Assembly: GCA_030828405.1 (NCBI GenBank)
Contig: JAURCP010000007.1
Span: 2,250 to 66,249, forward strand
DNA length: 64,000 nucleotides
DNA from: Thermoplasmatota archaeon
Lineage (GTDB): Archaea; Thermoplasmatota; Poseidoniia; Poseidoniales; Thalassarchaeaceae
Reading direction: 5' to 3'
Part shown: positions 1-8,346 of the stretch, piece by piece
Layout of the letters: each line of letters begins with the position of its first letter
Numbering within the stretch: position 1 is the first letter of the stretch
Program-made: the position numbers and the translations under genes
The notes under the pieces: generated by a model
What the model was told of the DNA's origin: nothing
Databases searched by the model: none
What the model saw: only the letters and a program-made list of their open reading frames with translations

Positions 1-2
1 CA

Positions 3-239
3 ATGGTAGATAAATTGCTAAGGATTAATGGCTTTCGAGCAAGTAAAATATGGACTGTAGGTGACTCAGGCACGGATTTGTCTATGCAAATACCAGATTC
101 CAATTTCATAGGGTTCAATCCGGCTAGAGAAAGATCGATGAATGAATTTACCAAAGCAAATGTACCAGTAATCATAGAAAAAGATTTGACGAAAATTTGG
201 AACATTATTTTTTCAGAGGATTTTCCTAAAGATGATTAA
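3..239 (+). CDS. HAD-superfamily phosphatase (phosphoserine phosphatase-like), C-terminal part only
   Basis: HAD motif IV 'VGDSGTD' followed by 'IGFNP'; probably truncated by the window edge. Confidence 0.55.
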   Translation: MVDKLLRINGFRASKIWTVGDSGTDLSMQIPDSNFIGFNPARERSMNEFTKANVPVIIEKDLTKIWNIIFSEDFPKDD

Positions 240-1867
240 GCAAATGGTATTGATGCTGAAGCATGCGTATGTAAATTAATTACTGTCAATATACATGGTT
301 TAGGTTGGAAACCTAGCATTCTCTGATAATCAGTCTGATCTTGCCACGTAGAACTATGGACAATAGTGGTTCCTTTATGGTCCCCCACATATTGCCCATG
401 AACATGCCCAGTAACGAAAATATCAGGTATAGTTCCAATTACCATACTATCTTCGGGCTCAGGAGATAATGGGGTTTTCCCGCCCCAAGAGGGGGCCAGG
501 TGTCTCCTTTCAAGCATTGAACGCATTGCCATCTCAGGTTTAGCGTATGTTACAGATCTAAGACCCGCAACAAAGTCATCGATACTTTTTCCATGATATG
601 AAAGAATTCTTACTCCGTGAAGGCTGAAATCACAAGGATTACCCACGAAAACAGTGTCTGAATAGTCTTGTTGTACTTCAGGGTCAAGAGCAGGTTGAGG
701 TTCAGCAGGGCGTACTGCATCGTGATTCCCTGGAAGAATTATGACATCTACCCAATCTGGAAGGTCACTTAGAAGAGTTGCAAGAGCGCCATACTGTTTG
801 AATAAATCCGTGATTGCTAGATGCCTGTCTTGTCCAGGATATATACCTACACCATCAACACCGTCTCCACTTAAGACAAAATATTTGATAGTCTTAGCTA
901 ATGGATCTGTTTTGAACCAATTAATCATTTTCTCCCATTGAGGTTCGAGGAATGTCTTGCTACCTACATGAACATCAGAGAGAAAAGCCGCGGACACCGA
1001 TTCATCGATACTTGCAGTATTTTTAGCTCTACGAGGTAAAGGAGGGAAATGAATATTTGAAATAATGAATAAGTCTGTTCTATCGCCGATAAAAAATCCA
1101 CTTACTCCTACCACATCATCATTCATCAATCCATCAAGAGCTGCATGTAATGGGTTGGCGCCTGTTGGGGGTTTCAAGAGGCATTGTATCTGAGTGGTTT
1201 CATCTTCTAATAGAAACATCAGATTTCCAGATTTAGCCCAGCGAGGCTCACTAACTAATCCTACTATAGTAATCTCATATTCATTAGAAGAATAACGTTG
1301 ACGGTTTCTATAAGCCTCTGCATTGGAAATTGGCCGCCTCGGAAGTGAACGTCCCTCTATCATCAAATTGCGAATCTGACTTAATCTACTATTGAAAAAT
1401 GATTTGATATCTGATAATTTACCTTCGGTAACTGAATTACCAGTAATATCAAAATGTATTTCAATCTCTGAATCAATATCTTTAGCTAACATTGGAAAAT
1501 CTTCAAGGCTGTAATGGGATAAACCATGAGGTCTAGGTGCTGGAGAAATTTCATTAATAGAGATCGGTGCAATCACTCTACCAATTGGTGAAGGATTATC
1601 AGGAGTAGGGAGAGTGACTTGTGCCTTCTTTAAAATGTTTTGAGATTCTTCAGATTTAAGCTGATCAATTGAAACTAAAGATAATAATTGATCTATTGAT
1701 TGAGAGGTTAGAAGTTGAACATTGGATGCACGAGCAGCCTCAATTAAGGGGTTAATGTCAAGTAATTGTTCAATCTTGTCCTTAGCATCTAATCCCATAA
1801 CAAGAAGTCCTGCTGCACTCAACATTTTCTGTTGTTGCGCCCAATCACCGGATGCCATACAACTCAC
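236..1867 (-). CDS. polB: DNA polymerase D small subunit DP1 (3'-5' exonuclease)
   Basis: OB-fold region plus calcineurin-like phosphoesterase motifs SDVHVGS, GDGVDG, PGNHD, YHG, RHLAP, TGHVH, TWQDQT. Confidence 0.95.
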   Translation of the reverse strand: MSCMASGDWAQQQKMLSAAGLLVMGLDAKDKIEQLLDINPLIEAARASNVQLLTSQSIDQLLSLVSIDQLKSEESQNILKKAQVTLPTPDNPSPIGRVIAPISINEISPAPRPHGLSHYSLEDFPMLAKDIDSEIEIHFDITGNSVTEGKLSDIKSFFNSRLSQIRNLMIEGRSLPRRPISNAEAYRNRQRYSSNEYEITIVGLVSEPRWAKSGNLMFLLEDETTQIQCLLKPPTGANPLHAALDGLMNDDVVGVSGFFIGDRTDLFIISNIHFPPLPRRAKNTASIDESVSAAFLSDVHVGSKTFLEPQWEKMINWFKTDPLAKTIKYFVLSGDGVDGVGIYPGQDRHLAITDLFKQYGALATLLSDLPDWVDVIILPGNHDAVRPAEPQPALDPEVQQDYSDTVFVGNPCDFSLHGVRILSYHGKSIDDFVAGLRSVTYAKPEMAMRSMLERRHLAPSWGGKTPLSPEPEDSMVIGTIPDIFVTGHVHGQYVGDHKGTTIVHSSTWQDQTDYQRMLGFQPKPCILTVINLHTHASASIPFA

Positions 1868-1907
1868 GTCAGGTACGTACGCTCATGATAATATCGCTAC
1901 AACAGAG

Positions 1908-2591
1908 TCATTCATCCCAATCTGTTAGAGATGCTAAATCCACTTTCTGTATCTCTTCAGCTACAGTAGTATCTTCAACTTCCCACGTCATACTTCCTTC
2001 CCATTGTTCAGAAGCAGGATCCATCTGAGAAATATCGGATTCAGATTCATCAGTTTCATCTAAAATTTCTGTTTCTCCATCTTGTTCTTCTAACCTATCT
2101 AATGTTTCTAGAGCTAACCTTAGAGCAAAAACTGCAAAAGAACGCTTATTATCCAACCTGTCGTTTTCGCCAAAATCCATTCTTCTTACAAGAAAATAGT
2201 CTTGGGCTATAACTGCTACATGCACCCTACCAACCTCCTTGTCTGAGGTTGAGCCACCGGGACCCGCAATCCCTGTAATAGCAATAGCTACATCAGACCC
2301 CGATTGATACCTTGCACCTTTAGCCATTTGAACAGCGACTTCATGGGAAACTGCCCCCGCCTCGCCCTCATCAAATGCAGATTTTTGCACCCCTAATTCC
2401 CTCATTTTGGCTTCATTGGAATATACTACCCAACCCTGATTAAACCACTGAGTAGCACCCGAAATATCAGTAATCAATGAAGCGAGTAATCCGCCTGTGC
2501 ATGATTCTGCTGTGGAAACCGTCCAGCCCTTCTTTCTTAGGCGCCTAGTCATTCGAGATGCTAGTCCCGCGGTCTCTTCTACCACATACAT
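1908..2591 (-). CDS. pncC: CinA C-terminal domain protein / NMN deamidase PncC with acidic tail
   Basis: TAESCTGG, YSNEAK, GAVS, ITGIAGPGG motifs. Confidence 0.85.
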   Translation of the reverse strand: MYVVEETAGLASRMTRRLRKKGWTVSTAESCTGGLLASLITDISGATQWFNQGWVVYSNEAKMRELGVQKSAFDEGEAGAVSHEVAVQMAKGARYQSGSDVAIAITGIAGPGGSTSDKEVGRVHVAVIAQDYFLVRRMDFGENDRLDNKRSFAVFALRLALETLDRLEEQDGETEILDETDESESDISQMDPASEQWEGSMTWEVEDTTVAEEIQKVDLASLTDWDE

Positions 2592-2642
2592 CCCTAATGG
2601 TAATCCTTCTTGATTGTTTACACCTAATCTTGGAGATTAAAG

Positions 2643-2718
2643 TGGTGGGCCCGGCAGGAATTGAACCTGCGATCTTCGCTTTGTAAGAGCAACGTCATAA
2701 CCCCTAGACCACGGGCCC
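2643..2718 (-). tRNA. tRNA-Val (anticodon TAC), CCA encoded
   Basis: Reverse complement GGGCCCG...TTGCT-CT-TAC-AA-AGCGA...GGTTCAATTCC...CGGGCCC-A-CCA folds as a 76-nt cloverleaf. Confidence 0.95.
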
Positions 2719-2786
2719 CACATGAGAGTCGGGCAGCGTCGCATTCAAATGATTGGCGGTCGAAGCATCTGTTAGAGAGTGCTTGT

Positions 2787-3779
2787 TTGAAAGATATTGA
2801 GGGACTAATAATAAGTCTAGAAAAAAATGGTTTCCCAATGGGAAATTATCTGAAAAAAGCCTTAAAAAGTATAAAAATTGAAGATTTTATAACATCGGGT
2901 TATGAAGATTTTTACCGAGATAATCCAGTTGAATTTATGAAAACTAGTAAAGGAATTATAAAAAATATTTCTGCACCACATATGTTAGCAATTTTACTCC
3001 ATCATTTGGAAATAAAAAAGGGACAAAAAATTCTTCTAGTTGGAGCGAAAGGAGGTTATCTGGCGGCTATTTTAGATCAGGTTCTTGGTGAAGAAGGAAT
3101 TATTACAATAATTGAGCCTCATGATGAGATTCTTGAGCATACAAGAAGAACTTTAGAAAACTATGAATCAAGAGGAATTATTCGTGTTCTTTCGATCATT
3201 GATTTTGATTTCTATGAAGATTCGGGTAAGGAATTTGATCGAGTTTTGATTACTGGAGCAGTAAGAGAAATACCTGATTTTCTAAATTATAATTCACAAG
3301 AAGGTTCATTCATATTAGGGCCATTTGGAGGGAATATTCAGCAAAGACTTCTCAAAAAAGAAAAACAATCTGGAGAATGGTTAGATACAGACTTAGGAGG
3401 GGTGGTTTTTTCCCCTATGGATACAAGATTTTCTGAACGAAATCCATTAGACCCCATAGTTCTTGCAGAGGGGCTCGAAGATTCGTTTTCATTAATCTCT
3501 GAAATAATAGAAATTGATGAAGAAACATTTCAAGGAATTGAGCAATTAATTCAATCTCTAAGAGAGTTACCTAGAGATATCCCTTCTATTAGTGAAGACT
3601 CTTCAGATGAAGAGATAATGGAAAATCCAGTAATGGACTTAATGATGTCAGAAATGGAGAGATTAGCGCCTATTTGGCCTTTTATCGAACACTTTATGTC
3701 AATTGAAATAGTAGATATCTTCAACTCAGAAGATGATAATTCATTCACTAGTGGAGGACATGAAGACCTAGTCCCCTGA
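2787..3779 (+). CDS. Protein-L-isoaspartate O-methyltransferase-like protein with acidic C-terminal extension
   Basis: ISAPHM, GxGY-like SAM motif (VGAKGGY), FDRVLITGA, VVFSPM. Start moved to TTG 2787 because the ORF-track start overlaps the tRNA. Confidence 0.7.
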   Translation: MKDIEGLIISLEKNGFPMGNYLKKALKSIKIEDFITSGYEDFYRDNPVEFMKTSKGIIKNISAPHMLAILLHHLEIKKGQKILLVGAKGGYLAAILDQVLGEEGIITIIEPHDEILEHTRRTLENYESRGIIRVLSIIDFDFYEDSGKEFDRVLITGAVREIPDFLNYNSQEGSFILGPFGGNIQQRLLKKEKQSGEWLDTDLGGVVFSPMDTRFSERNPLDPIVLAEGLEDSFSLISEIIEIDEETFQGIEQLIQSLRELPRDIPSISEDSSDEEIMENPVMDLMMSEMERLAPIWPFIEHFMSIEIVDIFNSEDDNSFTSGGHEDLVP

Positions 3780-3798
3780 TAGGAGTATTCTTGCACTA

Positions 3799-4830
3799 AT
3801 GGCTAGTGGGAGTTATGTGCTGAAAGCGACTGTAAGGCAGTTGAACAATAAAGATGTTCGATTGAGGAGAAGGGCAGTAAGGAAGTTATTCGAACTTGAT
3901 GACCCAACAGCAATAGATGCTTTCATTCCTTTACTGAAAGACCCTGATGAATGGTTTAGAGGAAAGGCGCTAATGGCTATACAAAGATGGGCCTCAATGA
4001 AAGACCTAGATTTAGCAGAAGATCTTTCAGACTCAGAAAAATCTGAAGAGAGGATTTTGGCTTGTAGAATCGCACCTAAAGTTGGGAAATCAAGTGAGAG
4101 AATACTAAAAAAAATGTTGTACGATGAGGATAATCTAGTCAAACAAAATGCTTGGAAAAATATTCTTGATTTAAATGATGATTATGTTGAAGAGGCGATG
4201 AAGAATGTGGATGTAGGTATTCGAGTATTAGCTGTTGAAAAATTACAATTAATGAACGGGATTGATAATGATTTCATAAAAAAAATCTTTGATGATGAAT
4301 CAAGTAGAATAAGGAAAAAAGCAATTAATCTATTAAAATCTAAACCTGAATTATACTCTTCTGGAGAATTTGATAATGTAATAGTTAAAATTGCAGAGAA
4401 TGATAGTAATATCCAAATTGATGCATTAATAATGCTAATAGAATCAGGACAGAGAAATGAATTATTTAGTCAAAAGATACCTTTATGGTTAGAAAATGAT
4501 GATCCTAAAATGATTAAATTAATAGTAGAATCAATAGAGAATAAAGATTGGAAAGAAATTGATTGGCTGATTAATATAATCATGAGTTCGTCTAATGATA
4601 AGTTGATTTCTAGAGTCTTGAGGAGGAAAAAATCAATTGAGGCGGATAAATATCGAAAAGAAATTCTTCTTGATGGAGATAGAAACGCGATAGTTAGATC
4701 AAGAATTATAGAAGACTTATTCGGGAAAAAACAGGATGAAGAAATAACAAAAATTATCCAAGATTTGGAAAATAATCAAAATAAATCAATATCTGAAACT
4801 GCTAAGATGTACTGGAAAAGTATATCCTAA
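3799..4830 (+). CDS. HEAT-repeat (PBS lyase-like) protein
   Basis: Repeated 'L.D.D..VR..A' units (LKDPDEWFRGKA, LYDEDNLVKQNA, FDDESSRIRKKA). Confidence 0.75.
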   Translation: MASGSYVLKATVRQLNNKDVRLRRRAVRKLFELDDPTAIDAFIPLLKDPDEWFRGKALMAIQRWASMKDLDLAEDLSDSEKSEERILACRIAPKVGKSSERILKKMLYDEDNLVKQNAWKNILDLNDDYVEEAMKNVDVGIRVLAVEKLQLMNGIDNDFIKKIFDDESSRIRKKAINLLKSKPELYSSGEFDNVIVKIAENDSNIQIDALIMLIESGQRNELFSQKIPLWLENDDPKMIKLIVESIENKDWKEIDWLINIIMSSSNDKLISRVLRRKKSIEADKYRKEILLDGDRNAIVRSRIIEDLFGKKQDEEITKIIQDLENNQNKSISETAKMYWKSIS

Positions 4831-4837
4831 TTTATAT

Positions 4838-5245
4838 TTAAATTGCTGGAAGCATCAATCTTGAAAGTGGAACTGCTATAGGTGGAAGATGATCAGATAA
4901 ACGATGCCTGCTGGTTTTAGGAGAGAATAAATTACCAGACAATGCGGCATCTATTACTTCTTGTTTAGTAATAGAATCTCGGCCACAATTAGGCCAAACA
5001 TCTAATTCGATTAAATCATCTTCTAGATAATCGATAAACACACACGGTACACAACTTAATTCAAGCCTTTTGGCAACATGATATCTATGATGGCCATCTA
5101 GTATAGTCCCAGTAGACCTATCTAATAACAAGGGCTTCGTATAGGCATTCCATCTATGAGTCATTTTTTCAAGTTGATCTACTTTTTTTGGTAATATTTG
5201 CTCATGGGGTCTGAGAATCTCTAAAGGGACTAATTCGACCTTCAT
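4838..5245 (-). CDS. ParB/Sulfiredoxin-fold protein, minimal SerK/SbnI (free serine kinase)-like
   Basis: RPHE, ILDGHHR and C-terminal TKQEV...G.LFSPKTSRH. Confidence 0.7.
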   Translation of the reverse strand: MKVELVPLEILRPHEQILPKKVDQLEKMTHRWNAYTKPLLLDRSTGTILDGHHRYHVAKRLELSCVPCVFIDYLEDDLIELDVWPNCGRDSITKQEVIDAALSGNLFSPKTSRHRLSDHLPPIAVPLSRLMLPAI

Positions 5246-5318
5246 GAAAGTCCGAGAAGCACATTACTGTTAGTTTTGATGCCGAAGATATGATGTTTAG
5301 TTGCATTTACGGAGATAC

Positions 5319-6542
5319 ATGGTTGACACTAAGCTGTACCTCACTCCAGAGGATAATTTAGTGTTAAATCAACTAAGAAATCATGGTGATGCTTGGATTG
5401 TGGGCGGACGGGTAAGGGACATATTACTGATGGAGAAATCAAATAATGATCTTGATATTGCTACAACACTTTTACCAAGTCAAGTAATGGAAATATTTCC
5501 TAGAACAATACCAGTTGGTGAAGAATATGGAACAGTTATAGTGAGACTAGATGGCGATTCTGATAAAGAATGGGAAGTTACTACCCTACGTAAAGATGGG
5601 AGTTATGGAGATGGTAGGAGACCGGATAAGGTTTCTTTTAGCACAAACATAAATGATGATCTAGCACGCCGAGATTTTACAATCAATGCAATGGCAATTG
5701 GTAGAGAAGATGAACTAATAGATGATTTTGGAGGAGAAAAAGATCTACAACAGAATATTGTCAGAGCAGTTGGAGATGCTAATGAAAGAATTGCAGAAGA
5801 TGGATTAAGAATATTACGAGCTTTCAGATACTTAGACCTGGAAAAGAATAAACTTAGAACAATGGATAGTGAGCTAGAAAGTGCAATCCAGAAAAATATA
5901 CATATGTTAGAAAAAGTATCAAAAGAGCGTATTACTGATGAAGTCCGAAAAATTTTAGCTAGTAATAATCCATATGAAATATTTTCTAAAATGCATGTAT
6001 TGGGGGTTTTAGATAAAATCATAGATGGTTTATCCATAGATGTTGAGGACTATGGAAACGCAGAGCCGATGGTGATTTTTGCTAGATTCCTCAAAAATAA
6101 TAATTGTAATGGAGATGATTTGTCTAAGATTCTAAAAGAATCACTTAAATTATCGAAAAAAGAAATAAGATGTATTTCATTCCTACATGATAATAGAAAT
6201 TTACGATTTGAAAAAAGCATTGAAAGTATCAGGAGATTTCAAGTTTTACTATCCGAAGAACAAAAGCGTATAATTTTGCAATACCATATTGAAGAAGATA
6301 TTGTCCAAAAATACTATGATTTTGGAGAAGAAATTAATTTGAAACCAATTCTTGATGGGAACAAAATCTTTGAAATTACTGGTATAAAACCGGGTCCTAA
6401 GCTTGGTTCACTTAAAGATTGGATATTTAGGGTTCAGATTGAAAAAAATATTCATCATGAAGAGGAAATGATAAAAATTCTAAACGAAATAGACTGGAAT
6501 GACTCAGAATACGAGTCATGGCCAAAACTGTCATGGCCTTGA
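5319..6542 (+). CDS. cca: tRNA nucleotidyltransferase (CCA-adding enzyme), bacterial/class II type
   Basis: VGGRVRD..DLDIAT (motif A), RRDFTINAMA (motif B), EDGLRILRAFR (motif D), SKERI. Confidence 0.88.
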   Translation: MVDTKLYLTPEDNLVLNQLRNHGDAWIVGGRVRDILLMEKSNNDLDIATTLLPSQVMEIFPRTIPVGEEYGTVIVRLDGDSDKEWEVTTLRKDGSYGDGRRPDKVSFSTNINDDLARRDFTINAMAIGREDELIDDFGGEKDLQQNIVRAVGDANERIAEDGLRILRAFRYLDLEKNKLRTMDSELESAIQKNIHMLEKVSKERITDEVRKILASNNPYEIFSKMHVLGVLDKIIDGLSIDVEDYGNAEPMVIFARFLKNNNCNGDDLSKILKESLKLSKKEIRCISFLHDNRNLRFEKSIESIRRFQVLLSEEQKRIILQYHIEEDIVQKYYDFGEEINLKPILDGNKIFEITGIKPGPKLGSLKDWIFRVQIEKNIHHEEEMIKILNEIDWNDSEYESWPKLSWP

Positions 6543-7052
6543 TTAAAGTTCATTTAGATACTCGATGTACTCATTTTCATCTAAGTATTGATCTGCATCA
6601 TAGTCAAATGGTTGCACTATTAAGCACCATCCATCAGCATATGCATCGTCATTAACAAGATCGGGGTTATCTTCTACATCACCGTTCAATGAAACAATCT
6701 TACAAGGGAATGGAGCATTAATGAGCAATTTTTCATATTCTGTAGTAATTGTAATCAATAAATCTTCTAGACCTAATTCATCACCACTAGTCATTGGAGT
6801 TGCAGCATCATCATCTTGTGAAACCTCTCCTTCATCATCATCAGAATCCTCCATTTTAAACTCGGAATCATCTTCAGGTTTTGTTAAAATAACTCTGATA
6901 ATATCTCCATATTCTGCTCTCACAAATTCACTCAGACCTATCTTTACCTGAGAGTCGTCTTTCTTTTCATCTAATACTTGTAACCATAAATGTTCCAAAG
7001 TATACTTACGCCCTTGAGCTACACTAAATTCGACATAATCACTATCCGCCAT
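6543..7052 (-). CDS. Glycine cleavage H-like protein (atypical, acidic insertion)
   Basis: KYTLEHLW, IGLSEF..EYGDI, AP..CKIVSLN, PDLVNDDAYADGW, LDENEY. Start taken at MADSDY. Confidence 0.8.
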   Translation of the reverse strand: MADSDYVEFSVAQGRKYTLEHLWLQVLDEKKDDSQVKIGLSEFVRAEYGDIIRVILTKPEDDSEFKMEDSDDDEGEVSQDDDAATPMTSGDELGLEDLLITITTEYEKLLINAPFPCKIVSLNGDVEDNPDLVNDDAYADGWCLIVQPFDYDADQYLDENEYIEYLNEL

Positions 7053-7173
7053 ACTAATTCTCGACCTGCGCCCAACTGACAACCGTTTTGAATTGTTCGA
7101 TTCGAAGAAGTTGTTACATTTGTCATTACGAGACATTAACAATACCATTGTCTTCGCATGGTATGGTGAGATA

Positions 7174-8346
7174 ATGGAGTTCATGGAAACAGAAGAACAA
7201 AGTATGATTCGAGAGATGGTTCGTAGCTTTGCTGAAGAGGTGTTAGCACCTACTTGTTTAGAGAGAGATAGGGCTGCAAAACCGCCTCTAGATGAGTGGC
7301 AAAGATTTTGCGAATATGGCTTGCAGGGCATCACTATTCCAGAAAAATATGGAGGCAGTCCGGTAGATGACATATCAGAGTCAATTATCATTGAAGAATT
7401 AGCAAGAGTAGATCCTTCGTTTGCGGTAATGTATTGTGTTCATGTTGGGCTGTGTGCTAAAACAATAGAGATACATGGAAACGAGGAACAAAAACAAAAA
7501 TATCTCACAAGACTTGCCGGAAATGAAATCGGAGCGTATTCTCTTTCCGAGGCAGGAGCCGGGACGGATGCAGCCGCCATGGTTTGTAAAGCCAAGAAGT
7601 CAGATGATGGCAAACATTTCATTCTCAACGGAGAAAAAATGTGGGTGACAAATGGGAAGAGTGCGGATATTTATGTACTATTTGCTAAAGATGTTGATCA
7701 CCCAGATTTTGGTACAAAAAAACATGGAGGGACTACCGCATTTATCATCGATTCATCGATGGAAGGCTTCAGTGTTGGCAAGAAAGAAGAAAAATTAGGT
7801 ATTAGGTCTTCAGATACATGTGTATTACTACTTGAAAATTGCAAAGTCCCTATTGAAAATGTCTTGAAAGGAGTGGGTGAAGGTTTTCCTATCGCAATGA
7901 ATGCACTAGATAATTCTAGAATTGGAATTGCCGCGCAAGCATTGGGAATTGCACAAGGGGCTTTTGAATCTGCATTGAATTATTCTCATGAAAGGCAGTC
8001 ATTTGGCAAACCAATTGCACATCATCAAAGTATTGGAAATTATCTTGCAGATATGGCAACACAAATTGAAGCCGCTAGAATGATGGTTTACAAAGCAGCA
8101 TGGGCCAAACAAAGACATTACGAAGACGGAGGGAAAAGACACACCAAGGAAGCAAGTATGGCTAAACTATTCGCAGGAGATACAGCAATGTGGGTATCGG
8201 AAAGGGCGGTACAAATACTTGGAGGATATGGATATACTACCGACTTCCCTGTTGAAAGATTCTTCAGAGATGCAAAAATAACACAAATATATGAAGGAAC
8301 GCAAGAAGTTCAACGAATTGTAATTAATAGAGCAATCAAACCTTGA
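7174..8346 (+). CDS. Acyl-CoA dehydrogenase (short/branched-chain type)
   Basis: YSLSEAGAGTD, NGEKMWVTNG, RQSFGKPI, QILGGYGY, IYEGTQEVQR. GGTGAG SD-like sequence before ATG 7174. Confidence 0.92.
   Translation: MEFMETEEQSMIREMVRSFAEEVLAPTCLERDRAAKPPLDEWQRFCEYGLQGITIPEKYGGSPVDDISESIIIEELARVDPSFAVMYCVHVGLCAKTIEIHGNEEQKQKYLTRLAGNEIGAYSLSEAGAGTDAAAMVCKAKKSDDGKHFILNGEKMWVTNGKSADIYVLFAKDVDHPDFGTKKHGGTTAFIIDSSMEGFSVGKKEEKLGIRSSDTCVLLLENCKVPIENVLKGVGEGFPIAMNALDNSRIGIAAQALGIAQGAFESALNYSHERQSFGKPIAHHQSIGNYLADMATQIEAARMMVYKAAWAKQRHYEDGGKRHTKEASMAKLFAGDTAMWVSERAVQILGGYGYTTDFPVERFFRDAKITQIYEGTQEVQRIVINRAIKP

Noticed and set aside
2661-2786. N-terminal extension of the 372-aa ORF
   Set aside because: Overlaps tRNA-Val on the opposite strand; the real start is downstream
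7053-7391. N-terminal 113 aa of the 282-aa GcvH-like ORF
   Set aside because: Antisense to the acyl-CoA dehydrogenase; homology starts at MADSDY
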